Under the pieces are notes generated by a model. The model had not been told where the DNA came from and did not search any database. It saw only the letters and a program-made list of their open reading frames with translations. Both the position numbers and the translations under genes were made by a program. A DNA stretch of 64,000 bases from Antedon mediterranea. Taxonomy: Eukaryota; Animalia; Echinodermata. The DNA lies in contig NC_092676.1 of NCBI RefSeq assembly GCF_964355755.1, positions 21,904,871-21,968,870 on the forward strand, in the 5' to 3' direction. Positions 11,696 to 24,687 of this stretch are shown here, piece after piece; the first letter of the stretch is position 1; the number at the start of each line of letters is the position of its first letter.

Positions 11696-13536
11696 GTACA
11701 GCACAGTACAGCCTACCACAACGACTGGCTACTTTAAATAAATGTAGAATCAATGATTATTTAACCTTTATTTGCTTAAACCTATTATTGTAATTTAGAT
11801 TTCAACTTTAAACGTTCAATTTATTTGGACATGGTACTATCTTAAAAATACTGGAATCACATGTTTTTTTCTTCTGTTTAAATTAAAACTACACTATTGT
11901 ATTGCATACCAAGTCTCTTAAATTTATTTAAACCTGTTTGATATACTAATTATAGTAATTATACAGTTTTCAAAAAGTGTGCTTTGAAACTATTTTAGTC
12001 CGATCAAACGCTGACTGCGGCAATTCACTTAATTTAATTGTCAAGCCGTTGATTATGGTTCACTGCGTGTAAACGTCGCTCCTGAGATACCGAGATGTTT
12101 AAATCCTGGTCATCGTTCTGCCCAGGATTTCATTGTGTATTTATACAGCCTTAGCCCAAATCGTAAGTCTAATTAGGGTCTTATAGATCTGGGAATGTTT
12201 CTGCAACATTCGGCAATTGCATTCATCTTCGTGACTGTCGATCGCAAATGTCAACAAGTTGTATAGTACTTCATAATTATCGCTTCCATTTTATTAATTG
12301 CGCCCTCTTTATCGTCACACGGTGATTGTTCCGTTCATAGATTTTGTGAGGGCGTTTAACTTAATATCGTACAAAACACGACCAATGCTATTAATTTTTA
12401 CAATGATACACACGACAAGGTGAACGAAAAAACGATATCTTATTTTATTTTGCACATTGTACTTTACGCAACGGCAGCAAACACGTTCAACGTGATTTGA
12501 ACGTCTGCACGCAATTTAAGTACTGTATTCAGTTAGTTAACGGCAATTCGGCATAATAAATTTGTTGCATATTTTGACAAAAAAATAAACACTTTATAAT
12601 AACATATTCATGTACTATATTTTTAAGGGCGGGGGACGGATAGGAGTTACATAATGGGAAATGGTATAACGATTTGAAGCGCTATACGTTCTGATAGTTT
12701 GGAGTAATTGTTGCAGCGATACCCCGTATTACTGTTACCTGATCGCCCATTCGATCGCGTACTATACAATTATTTTTTTAAACATAACATAACATTATTT
12801 AATTACAGTGAATTAAAAAATTGTTGGTACACAAAATATGATTTTGTTTTTAAAATAATACATAAGTTAGTAACACAATGTACATTATTAACACGAAACA
12901 AAATGTATTTAACTGTGTATCATTTTCTTACAGTTCGTCTTGAGATTATCTACTTTATTCAATGTTTTAGATTTTTTTCCTATTGTTTAAATATATCATA
13001 TGTCAGCACAATTAAAGCGTGAACAGGTTTAAACTTTCGTCAAACATCGTACACAAACTGAACGTGTCAGTAATAACGTTATAACAATTCCCCTAATTGT
13101 TTTTAATGCAATGTATACACAAAACACCATTAGTTAAAAAGAAGCAACAATTTCATAAGCCTTTGTTGTTCAAACAGGCATCTGATATACATCAACAGAA
13201 CATACGGTACCTACAGTATATAAACAACATGTGAATGTGTTACTATTCATATCATCTCTAAAGTGCACGAGTACTATAACGAAATGAAGTTCTTCAAGTA
13301 TACGGTTGTTTTCTGTTTGATTTTCCTCAATCAAGCTAAGGTAAGGCACAACTTTTGGTACATAATTAGTTGTCCAAGTGCGTACACTGGTGATAGTAAC
13401 TGGGAGGGGTGCAACGTATGCTTTACTGTTAAAAGCAAATCAATTTGTGAAATGTGTTGTCTTGCTTGAGGTGAACTCATTCGCTTCAATGGCCTCTCAC
13501 CCAGATATATGACCACGAAAAAAAATTAGGACGTGT
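11634..13536 (+). repeat. Near-identical duplicated block, copy 2 (3' end of B, intergenic DNA, exon 1 and part of intron 1 of C)
   Basis: Matches ~8124-10160 except for the 143-bp promoter duplication and scattered substitutions. Confidence 0.9.
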
Positions 13537-15130
13537 GGTGTTATCAATATGTTATTTAGTTTAGTAGTTTAGTTGTCAATTAATATTCATACAATTTAAA
13601 CACATTTCCATTATTTTGAAGGGGGATGATGACGATGCTGCCGACAATGTTGAAAATTACATATGGAACATATTCGGCGGTGATGGTGGTAAGACAAACA
13701 GTTATTAGTTATACAATGTTAATAGAATACCAAACGTCTATATCTTATAATGATCTCTCAAAAGACAAAAATTGACTTACCTAAAGGCCCAAAATAAGAA
13801 ATGTAATCATATAAAAATGCGAGAAGTGTAATATAATTTATAGATCCAAACAAACAGGCCAACATAATGATAATTATTTCATTTCATTATTTATTCGGTC
13901 TATTTCAGTATAATACATAACAAAAAACTTAAATTGGGGAGACAAGGGTAAATCTAAGTGACCTAACTCTAACTGTGTCACTGTAGCTGAGCCGGTTGAC
14001 TCAACCCCAAAGTCAGTTTACACATAAAGACACAAAATACAGTTAAAGCGTATCAAAATGAATGTGAACTTTTCTAATGAGGCTGCATAGTAAATAAGTT
14101 GATACCAAACATGAATATTACTGTATGCACAAACAATAATTGGATTATCTTTGACTTTGTCTGAAAAACTAACATTAAACCTCTTTAATTCGATATTGCA
14201 AACACCTTTACAACTAAGCTGTACTATACCAGCATATTATCTTTGTTGGTTTCTTTATAGGGAATCTACCACCCAATGACTGCAAAGGAGAGTTTATGAC
14301 TTGTGAAACAAGAAATGCTAGCGTTGTGTATACACACTGGGGTAGGACTGACTGCACCCCAGACACGTCTGACGTCATATATACTGGTGAGTAAACTCTT
14401 TATATTACAGTATATAGTCCAATATAATTTGAAGAACTGTATATTCTATGTTATTACTTTAAAGATGAAAAATGGCGTAGACATTTTGAAAATTAATGTT
14501 GTAACAATAGTGAGTGTCACACTTAAATGCGCATTATATTGGTCTGCAGTATCATACAAAAAAACATCAATTGACAACAACAATGCACCGATGATTTTCT
14601 CGACAAATCAAAATAAAACAGTATGTAAAGCGATCGTTATTTTATTTGTAGGATATATCGCTGGTGGAAGCCATTTACATAGTGGAGGTGGTAAAAACCC
14701 ACTGTGTTTACCAGAGTCGCCTGAATATAACAACGGGTTAATAGCAAGTGGGGCTCATCGGTCTTTGGTATACGGTGCTGAATTTGAAACTAATACTTAC
14801 TCTCCTTTGGCTGGTTTTCACGACAAAGATGCAGTATGCGCTGTGTGTCTTGCACAAGGCCGATCAACAAGTCTGATGATTCCAGCTAAACGTACGTGCC
14901 CACAAGGATGGACCAAGGAGTACGAAGGTTTATTAATGGGTGATTATTACGCTCATAAGGGAGGACATGAATACATTTGCATAGATTCAAACCCAGAAGT
15001 TAGACCTGGATCTTCACCAAACCATAACGGCCTCTTACTCTATCCCGCCGTAGGTGTTTGTGGGTCTTCATTGGCATGTCCACCATACATTAACAATGCT
15101 GAGCTGACATGTGTTGTATGCACATGGTAA
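13284..15130 (+). CDS. Short-chain collagen C4-like domain protein, paralog C, ~242 aa; exons 13284-13340, 13622-13688, 14261-14386, 14652-15130
   Basis: Same architecture; spliced frame open; TATATAAA at ~13217. Confidence 0.9.
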
Positions 15131-15767
15131 ATACAATACAGTACCCTAACCCTAAACCAACAACTGCCAATGTTTAACAAGATACACATCAATTGTAATT
15201 TAACCTTTAATTCCTTAAAACCATTATTGACATTTTCATATGGTACTATCTTTAAATTCTGGAAAATATTAAACATGTCGGTTTTTCTTCTTCTGTTTTA
15301 AATAAACTACATTTTCATGGCACATTAAGTCTCTTTAATGTATTTTATTTGTTTTTTATAAACTAACGGCAACAGTTCTGAAACACTTTTGTTGGTAGAA
15401 AAAAATGTATACAACTCGACTTTCTACCCATGACAAAGATCCCATTTACATTTAAGTTTGGGTCATAATAATTATATTTTGGTCCACTCCAGGACTTTTA
15501 CACTTGCGTTACAAACAACGGCTGTGACAATTAATTTAATTCATTTTCAAGCTATTGTTGGTCCCCTGCTTGCAAAAGTCATTAACCCTAAAATAATAAT
15601 AATAATAGTATGCCTGGTCATCGTTTTGCCCATGACTTTTAAACATATCAATTGTCGACCCAGGGCCACCCCTAGGCCGTTCCACATCGTAAGTCTAAAT
15701 GGAGTCTTATAGATCGGTAATTGCATTATTTCTCTTCGAGCCTGTTGATCGCAAATGCCGAACCAGT

Positions 15768-16357
15768 CAGAGCCATATATAGAGAGAGTTACGACTTTGC
15801 GTTCACGGATTTTAGAAAGTCACGTGGTGTACACGCCGGCCATGTTTGTGTCCAACTATGCCTATGTAGCGTATGGAGTCGAGTCATTTGCTTAAAAAAT
15901 GTATAACATTCACAAGGCTTTAAATATCGAATTTAATATCAAAACAATCAATTTGTTTAAAGGTTTTTGTTAAGATAATAACGAAATCATAAAGTTACTG
16001 CGAACATGATTTTAAACAACAAAATGTAAAAACAATGCATTACTATTAGAGAATCGCTGTACAAACTAAACGCGCACGCGTAGAGCGTGCATGGAGCGCT
16101 CAACCAGAGCCGTTCCGAAATTGCTATTTTTGTTGTTTTAAATCATGTTCGCAGTAACTTTATAATTTTTTTATTATTTTAACAAAAACCTTTAATCAAA
16201 TTGATTGTTTTGATATTAAATTCGATAATTAAAGCCTTTTGAACGTTATACATTTTCAAAACAAAAGACTCAACTCCATACGGTACATAAGAGTAGTTGG
16301 ACACAAACACGGCTTCTAATCCATTCAATGCCGTAACTCTCTCTATATATGGCTCTG
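15768..16357. mobile_element. 590-bp foldback MITE with 8-bp TSD (P-element- or hAT-like)
   Basis: TIR CAGAGCCATATATAGAGAGAGTTAC with arms of ~250 bp; TSD GAACCAGT at 15760-15767 and 16358-16365; empty site visible in the paralogous spacers at ~8735-8758 and ~12245-12268. Confidence 0.88.
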
Positions 16358-17278
16358 GAACCAGTTGTATAGTGCGTCCTCTATTGAAACGGGTTGTTAT
16401 CAAATTGCGCCCCCTTTATCGTCACACAGTGATTGTTCGGTTCAAAGATTTAGTGGGGGGGGGGGGGGGCGGATTCGTTAAATTCACTGTCGTACAAAAC
16501 ACCACCAATGTTATACTACTTTACACACAGACAACGCTACTCCACATGTTATGTTGTTTTGTATATGTATACAACGACATCAGACACGTTCAATGTAATT
16601 GAAAATAAACTGCATGCAATTATTTTAAGTACTGTATTCAGTTAGTTAACCGGCATTTTGCCATAGTAAATGTGATGCATATTTTGACAAATGTGTGACT
16701 TTATTATAACACCCATATGCTATATTTTTACGGCGATGGTGGGCTGGAGATAGGAGTTACATATTGGGAAATGGTACATCTAATTGAAGCGCTATACGTT
16801 CTAATAATTAGTTAATTAGTATTTAATACAAAATATGAATTTGATAGCCGTGTGTTTGGAAATAAATATTGTATTCAAAGTCAAACCAAAACGAAGCTCC
16901 ATGCAGAGACATCACACTAAATGCATTTTTAAGCTGTTCGTCTTGAGATTATCTACATTCAAAATATTTTAAATTATTATTTGTTTCCTATTTTAGAAAT
17001 ATATCATATGTCAGCATTTATTTAAAGCGTAGAAAGGTTTACACTTTTATCAAACATGGTTGAGTATCAGTAAAGGCATTATAATAATATTCTTCCGTGT
17101 TTTAATGCAATGTATACACAAAAAACCATTAGTTAAAAGCAACTACGACTTCATAAGCCTTTGTTCAAACAGGCATCTGAGAGAATCAACAAAAACACTC
17201 GGTACATACAGTATATAAATAACATGTGAATGTGTTACTATTCATATCATCTCTAAAGTGCACGAGTACTATAACGAA

Positions 17279-18969
17279 ATGAAGTTCTTCAAGTATACGT
17301 TTTTTTTATGTTTGATTTTCCTGAATCAAGCTAAGGTAAGGCACAAACTGTTTTTTAAAACTAGTTTCAATCTAAAAACTAATTCTTGATGGATTGTTTC
17401 TACTCTGCATTTTCGCCACTGAAAGTAATGGCGTCATTCAGTCTTTCATTTGCATGTCCTTGACGCATGAAGCAACATCAATTGGTTATACGTTTTCAAA
17501 ACATTTAGAAACTTGTTATTATTTTTAAGGGCGATGATGATGATGCCAAAATAGCCGACAATGTTGAAAACTACATATGGAACATATTCGGGGGTGATGG
17601 TAGTAAGACAATAAGTTGTTAAAGATATACTGTCTGCCTAAACAAATATTTGTAAAAAATGTTTTGCTGAATATGCAATTTTAATGCACAAAATAGTTAT
17701 TCACTTTGACCAAAATTTGGATCGGAAAAAGCAAAATTATTTACCTGGAAAAAAATGTAATTTAAAGCAAAACAAAAAGTCAGAAGTAAATAACTTGATT
17801 AAAACTGCAAAATGGCCTGTTCAAAGTCTGATTTATTAATCTTTATTGTTCATGTTTTTGGGGGACATTACATCTTTAAATAAATCGTTATATATGTTTA
17901 ATCTCTTACATAACCACTACAGTGGTTTTATAAAAATACACAAAGCACAACGTTATAAAAATACTACAATTACAATATAGCACATTTCTGAAACGTATAA
18001 TATTACACTGTTTACAGGGTATGAACCACTCAAAGACTGCAAAGGAGAGTTTATGACGTGTAAAACAAGAAATGCTAGCGTTGTGTATACACATTGGGGA
18101 TGTAGTGACTGCACCCCAGAGGCACGTCAGACGTCGTCTATACTGGTGGGTAATTGTTTCAAGGTTTGCATGTAAATTATAACAATATTATTCATGATTC
18201 CTTAAATGAAGTAAATAAAGTTTAAAATATATCGACGTTTTGGTCTGAAGTAAGCTACTGTAGTAAAGTTGAGGTGAACATAACAGACAGTCTAAAGAGT
18301 ATTTGCGATCAAAGTCAAACCAGGCTTGTTGACATTAAATTAAATAGGCAAACGACGGGCTAAATGCAATTTATCTAAATCGAAGTAAATAAATAATTTA
18401 AGAAACAAACACATTTTGTTTTACGTGGGCAGTAGTGTGTTATAAAATAGATACATTTCTTTTAATTATTTAATTTTTTTATAAGATATATTGGTGGTGG
18501 ACAGTATTCACATAGTGGTGGTGGCACAAACGCACTGTATTTACCAGAGACACCTGAATATAACAACGCATTGATAGCAAGTGGGACTAAGCGGTCTCTG
18601 GAATACGGTGCTGAGATTCAATATGATGATTACCTTCCCTGGAAAGCATAAACCAAAACGACCCGTTATGTGCTGTATGTCTTGCACAAGGCCGATCAAC
18701 AAGTCTGATGATTCCAGCTAAACGTACGTGCCCACAGGGATGGACCAAGGAGTACGAAGGTTTACTGATGGGTAATAGATATGATCACCCAGGAGGACAT
18801 GAATACCTTTGTGTCGATTTAAATCCTGAAGTTAGACTTGGTTCTGCACCAAATCATAACGGATTCTTGCTTTATCCTGCCGTAGGCGTTTGTGGGTCTT
18901 CTTTAGCTTGCCCACCCTACGTTGATCGCAATGAGTTACCATGCGTTGTAGGCCCTATGTACTTGGTAA
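17279..18969 (+). pseudogene. Short-chain collagen C4-like paralog D, pseudogene; exons 17279-17335, 17530-17602, 18018-18145, ~18485-18969
   Basis: +2 insertion at ~18121, damaged exon-4 acceptor, LCLP changed to LYLP, 1-nt deletion giving TAA at 18649-18651, 7-nt insertion at 18951-18957. Confidence 0.88.
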
Positions 18970-20431
18970 TTACAGTACAGTACATTGCCTAAAACGGAAT
19001 TTGATTGGTTCATGTATAGTGATTGATCACTTAAACTTAACGATTTTTGTAAGTATAATTTAAACGTGTTACGTAATCCGTTTACCACGGCATCTAACGA
19101 ATAATGGAATCATTAAATCATCATATTGTTTTACTTTAAAACAATAATATATTGCATAACAGATGCTAGTCTATTTGAGTTTTACTTTATTTTTATCATA
19201 ATAATGCAGAGTTCTAAACATGTAATCTTATGGTAAAAGAAAAAAATAAACGCACTCCACCAATAACTTTCAAAATCGCGGAAATATATCTCTATTGCTT
19301 ATTATGGAAATACTCTTTTTATAATTGCGCCCTCTTTATCTTCACAAAATAACTATTTATGATTTTATGCGACGTTTCTTATAACGTAAATTGTAACTTT
19401 AAACAGGCCTCTGTTCTCAATACCAAAATTAAATGAAATGGTGAACATTTTTTGATAATACACATTTGTCAGCAAAGCGTTATACAAGTAATAATAATAA
19501 TAAATACTTTCCGTTGGGTTTTAATAGTTATTTCATGCAGAGCGTCCCTCTTTGTAAAACGACGATTTTCGACGACCGACGACCAACCTATGTAAATAAT
19601 AGGGACTCTTAGATGTTCATGCTATTACGTCATTTTTATGATATGCGCATGCACTAGGCGACTGATACGTCGACTGGCAAATGTGAGTGCTTGTTCAATC
19701 AGTGGCATTTCGACGTTCTCTCTCTCTGACATAGACGTACCACGGGGACGTCATAACACTGCACTGCCCAGAATCTCGCGATGATTAATACAGGTTATGG
19801 CATGGGTGTTACCACTAGGACGCTATCCTTCATTCAGAAAATAAAGGATCTCGGCTAGGCATAAGCTATGCACACTTAGCCTGGCCTAATCCCCGGCCCA
19901 GCGCGGTGGTGGAATAGCAAAACGGATGAGCGCTACTATAGAGATTACCAAGTCAGATCACAAGGTCACTACACGTCATACATTCACTGTCACGTCAACT
20001 TAAATTTCCACTTAATCTAAAAGTTCTTATATCTGTCGACGATAACCGGGTGGTTAAGGCAGGTGCGCCGTTTACCGTACCTAATGAGCCAACAATATCG
20101 ACATGGGTTAGACGCGGACTCACTCCTAGATCTGGTGAACTAAAAATCTTTAGAACAAGTGTCTATAGTTTACTTTAGTATAAGAACGAGTCCTCTGCTC
20201 TCAAATGACACAAATATAAAGATACATTAAAAAAAAATTAGAATCTTTCGTAACACCCTAATTTTTTAAGTTTGAGATGGATGAAAATTAAAAAAAAAAG
20301 CCATTAAAAACAAGTGTAGTTTGTATTCATATTTAAATACCCTTAGTGTATGTTAAAATGTATCTAAACACAAACATTTTAAAGTATCAGTATATATTAC
20401 GATTAAGTAACAGTATTTAAATTAATACTTA

Positions 20432-22756
20432 ACTAAAGGTGCGATACAGGGTGCAAACATATAAAATAGTGCTAATTTGCGCCTTTTTCTCATAAAATGG
20501 TGCAGAGTTCATAAAAGGTTTATTTTTGCACCTTTTATATCGAAAAATGCAGACAAGTATAAAAAGGTGCAGAACTGCACCACAAAGGCCCAAGTACGTC
20601 ATGGTGACTATGTGACAAAATAAGACCTATTATAGTATTAGATTAATGAACGCTTCTTGATATATTTAACTTAGGGCTTCTAAAAACTTAAAAGGTAATG
20701 ATTATGACAATTTTTTTAGAATGACATTATTGTGGTAAGTTAAAACAAAAATAAGAAAGATTCATAATAATATAGGTTTGTGGGGACAGCTATCGGAAAT
20801 CGAAAAAATCTGTTTCTTACGGTACATTAGAAAGTAGCTGGCTTGTAACTGAAAATTAAAGTGTTATACCTTTAACATGATAAATTCAAAGGTTCAACTG
20901 GGCACCCTATAAGGTTTAACATCAGTTAAAAGGTGCATAATAGCACCTTTTTGTACAATTGTTGTGCCGTATGCGCACGCAAGATGTCTGTAAACAATTT
21001 TTAAAATATTGAATTTCAGAGGTTATTTACTCTGGTTTGCTTAAGTCTAGAATGAGTACTCTTTTCTTTCATATTTAACAAAATTATTAGAATATATAAT
21101 ATCATAATGTAGGCATCTGTTGTAAATTTATTTGAAACAGGAATTGAACAATACTTTTAAGCGCGTGCGCGGTTGTTAAACATGCAGTTTAAATATTGAG
21201 AGGAGTTTGCGCCAAAAAAATCTGGCCTATAAAACTAGACCTAGCCTAGCTCCCGGATCCCACACCTCTCCAGTGTAGGATAGCTGTTAAGAGTAAGTAA
21301 CGAAGCTTTATAGGCATGTAATTTGGTGGTTTTTATTAGATTAGTTGCTTACAGGCCTAGCCTAGGCCCTAGGCCTAAAACTTAAAAATGATAGCTAAAT
21401 AAATAAATAAGGCTAGCTAAAGGGTTGTCCAGGTGGTAGGCGCGGCCTCCTACCTAGAAGGCCTAGCCTATCTAGGCATAGGTTAGGCCTAAAGTAGGCA
21501 GTCTAGAGGCCTACTTGGCCTACAGTAGACTCTCGGGCAGGGGCTAGTCCTAGACCAGGCCTAGCCTACTTACCTGGGCCTAGTTAGTAGGATAGGCATG
21601 GGCCTACTAGATAGGGCCTAGGCCTAGTTAGGCTAGCTAGGCCTAGGCTGGTAGACCTTAAACTTAATTAAAAGCAGACCTAGGCCTAACCAGCTAGGCC
21701 TATAAAGTATAATTAATAATAGGGCTAGCTAGGCAGGCTAGGGGCCTAGTTATTAATATTAGTTACAGTAGCTGGGTATTATTAGGCCTAGTAGGCCTAT
21801 ACTATAGGCTAGGCCCTAGGCCTATATTAAGTCTTATACACATTATTTTTAATTATAAATAGTTACAGCCTACATGATGTCATGGAGGGATAAAATAAGT
21901 TGAAACATGAAAGAGCACCTCTGCTCTGATCAGCAGCAATGAAGATGTTCAGAAAAGGAGAAACAAATGTGACCACGTGTACCGTAATACTCTAGATATA
22001 GGGCCTACTATACTACGAGCTGAGGAAAGGGAGAGTAACATACTTTAAAGTATGTGAAGCATGTTGACAAGGTAATTTGACTTTAACCAATGCCAATAAT
22101 GTATTGTATGATGTTTTCATAATATTGTTAATATTAATATAATAGTTTCCTTTCCTATTTCATGCTTTTTAGGAAAGTACATAATCAGGTGAAAATGTGA
22201 ACCAGACATCAAGAACACTGTTTCAGATACATGGGAATAAGAAGAAAATTGTCAAAGATGTCATCATTAGATACTTTTAGCAATAGGCCTATTGTTGGTT
22301 TGAGAAGAGTTAAGGTGCAAAGACTGGTAATTGCCATCAAAAAATTGTTGAATTGAATAATGTAATGTTTTAAAGTTGAATAAAATTATACCAAGCTTAA
22401 TCAATATTTTTTGTATTTTAGTGATTTTTATTTGTGCACCTTTTTAACAGAAATTTGAACCTTAGAAGAGCATTATTGAACCCTTTATTAGGGTGTAAAG
22501 TTGCACCTTTATTTAGAGGTTGAATTTTGCTCCTTTGGGGAACTGCTATTGTTGCATTTCGTTTGCATCTTTTAGAGTAGAAAATTACACCTTATATGGT
22601 GCAAATGTGAACTCCAAAGGAGCATTATAGCACCCTTTATCAGGGTTCAAAATTGCACCTTCCGTCAAAGGTGCAGTTGTGCACCTTAAAGGGAGCTGCT
22701 ATTGTTGCATCGGTTTGCACCTTTTTAGGTAGAGATTTGCACCTTTTTTTTAGTGT
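20432..22756. mobile_element. Non-autonomous EnSpm/CACTA-like element with GGTGCA/TGCACC subterminal repeats
   Basis: Right end ...TTTTTTTTAGTGTG (CACACTAAAA on the minus strand); dense AAAGGTGCA/TTGCACCTT repeats at 20432-20950 and 22430-22745; left terminus not clearly preserved. Confidence 0.55.
21235..21825. repeat. TAGGCCTA/CTAG-rich cryptic low-complexity array
   Basis: Dozens of interleaved TAGGCCTA, TAGGGCCTA, TAGCTA and CTAG words. Confidence 0.85.
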
Positions 22757-23399
22757 GTTCAATCGAGAATGTAATGAATACAGTAAGACAGTAAGTCATT
22801 GTGATACTTACTAAAGTATACTTTAACAAAACTAGTTCTTTGCAACTGTTGTTGCTTATTGCTTAGTTTAATTGTAGATAATTTGATTTAGAAAAAAATT
22901 ATAGATGGTAATTTAAATTACTAATTATCAGAAAGCTAAGTTTATTGGTCTACTCTGACGTAATTTTACTGAATTCTCAGTGAAGCGAGAATTGTCCAGA
23001 GTATGGCAAAAACATCTTAAAAAGTAACTCCATTGATGATCGAGTCCGACCCAAGAATTATTTAGACATTTTTGTGACCAATGTTTCAGAAATGTAAGGT
23101 TATAAGCTTCGTAGGTCTACTAAAGTAGGTATGCCTAAATGTAAAAGTAAATGTTAAAATAAGCTATACTGTATGGTATAAAGTAAATGACCTACTGATA
23201 CTATGTAAATTTATTAGTTATAATATTTATAAATAAACAATTTTTTCAAAATTGACCTAGTAATCTCTAGGTGGGAGGGGTGTGGGCGCAGTGTGCAGAC
23301 ATCAATCTGCTGCAATGTCTGTACTGTATATGCTATGTTTTTAGTAGTAGTAAGACTACTATGCAAATTGATTTAAAGGATAATTTGAATTTTTTTTAT

Positions 23400-23841
23400 A
23401 TTGTGACCTTTGACCCAGTGACCCCAGAGTAAGATGAAAAATCAAATGTGCTATTATATTTGTACTTATACATTCTTATTCAAAATACCTAATGGATTAA
23501 GAGATAATTTGCATAATTTAGATGTCAAACTGAAATGACCTTTGACCTTGACCCCAAAGACAAATCAAATATATTATTCTGAATCTTTGGGGTCATGTTT
23601 ATATTTGTGTTCAATACAATCTTATACCAAATTCTTTATGGTTTAAGAGATAATTGGGATCAAAGTTGTAAAATGGCAGCCATTTTGATTTTATGCAAAT
23701 TACAATTTATTTTGGGCAGATCAGGGTAGATTTAGGATATGATAATATCTACATATAGTTGAGCATATTTCAGCAAAAAAAACAAACTTTTGCAATTTGT
23801 TTGACTCAACGCCTATTTTTCATCTATTTCTACTCATCTAA
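23400..23841. mobile_element. End of a DNA transposon, possibly Academ-like, with TGACCTTTGACC motifs
   Basis: Ends in ...CTACTCATCTA (TAG terminus on the minus strand); TGACCTTTGACC and AAAATGGCAGCCATTTT motifs; partner end not identified. Confidence 0.35.
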
Positions 23842-24687
23842 TAAAATGAAGTCTGAAAGATTGATTAAAAAAATCGTAAGACCATTGTAGCTAATCCATA
23901 AATTATACAATTAAATATAAACATTCAAATAATTTAAGTTTACGTATGATTGTGATCCAGTCACTGATACCCACAACAATTTTATTCATTATTATAATAT
24001 ACAATAATAATAATTATTATTTTGAATATGTGTGTACTTGGTACGGGTTATTATGTCTTCCAGCTCGAAATTTGTGCCACAATAGATTTTTTTAGCTAAC
24101 TTTGTTATTCTTGAGATGCTGAATCCAAAAAAGTTAGGTGCCATTTTTTTCGACCACTCCTTCAGCCGCCATTTTGTATTTCAAAATGGCCAACGTTCCA
24201 CACTAAACTTGGTCATCCATTGTGTCATTGGAAAGGGAATGTAATACTGATTATTTTATTCCATTACACCCATATCAATAAACGCATAGTTACATAGTTA
24301 TTGCGAAAGAAAACAAATCACGTGACCAATAAAGGTCAAAAGGTCAAATGCAATTTCACCAAAATACTGTACTGTTTGGTATCGTTGGATAGATTTTTTA
24401 ATTCTGAAAACAGTTTTACTAATATCTATTCTATTTTACTTTGTTTATTGTCATAATTTTCCAATTATGTAAATAAATTGTTTTTAAATGTTCCTTGTTG
24501 TTTTTTCATGCTAATTACTTTCTTATTTACATACAATCTGTCCTATTGGTATAATAAGTACTTTAGTCGTTGTTTTCTGTTCTTCTTCTGATGAGAATAG
24601 TTTCTCGAAACATGTCACATTTTGAGGCAGTTTGCCTATTCATTAAATCGCTATACTCATTTTAACAATGACAAAAGTAGTCTCCTT

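Noticed and set aside
14303-15130. 275-aa ORF read as a single-exon gene
   Set aside because: Its N-terminal part is off-frame exon 3 plus intron 3; the real exon 4 starts at 14652.
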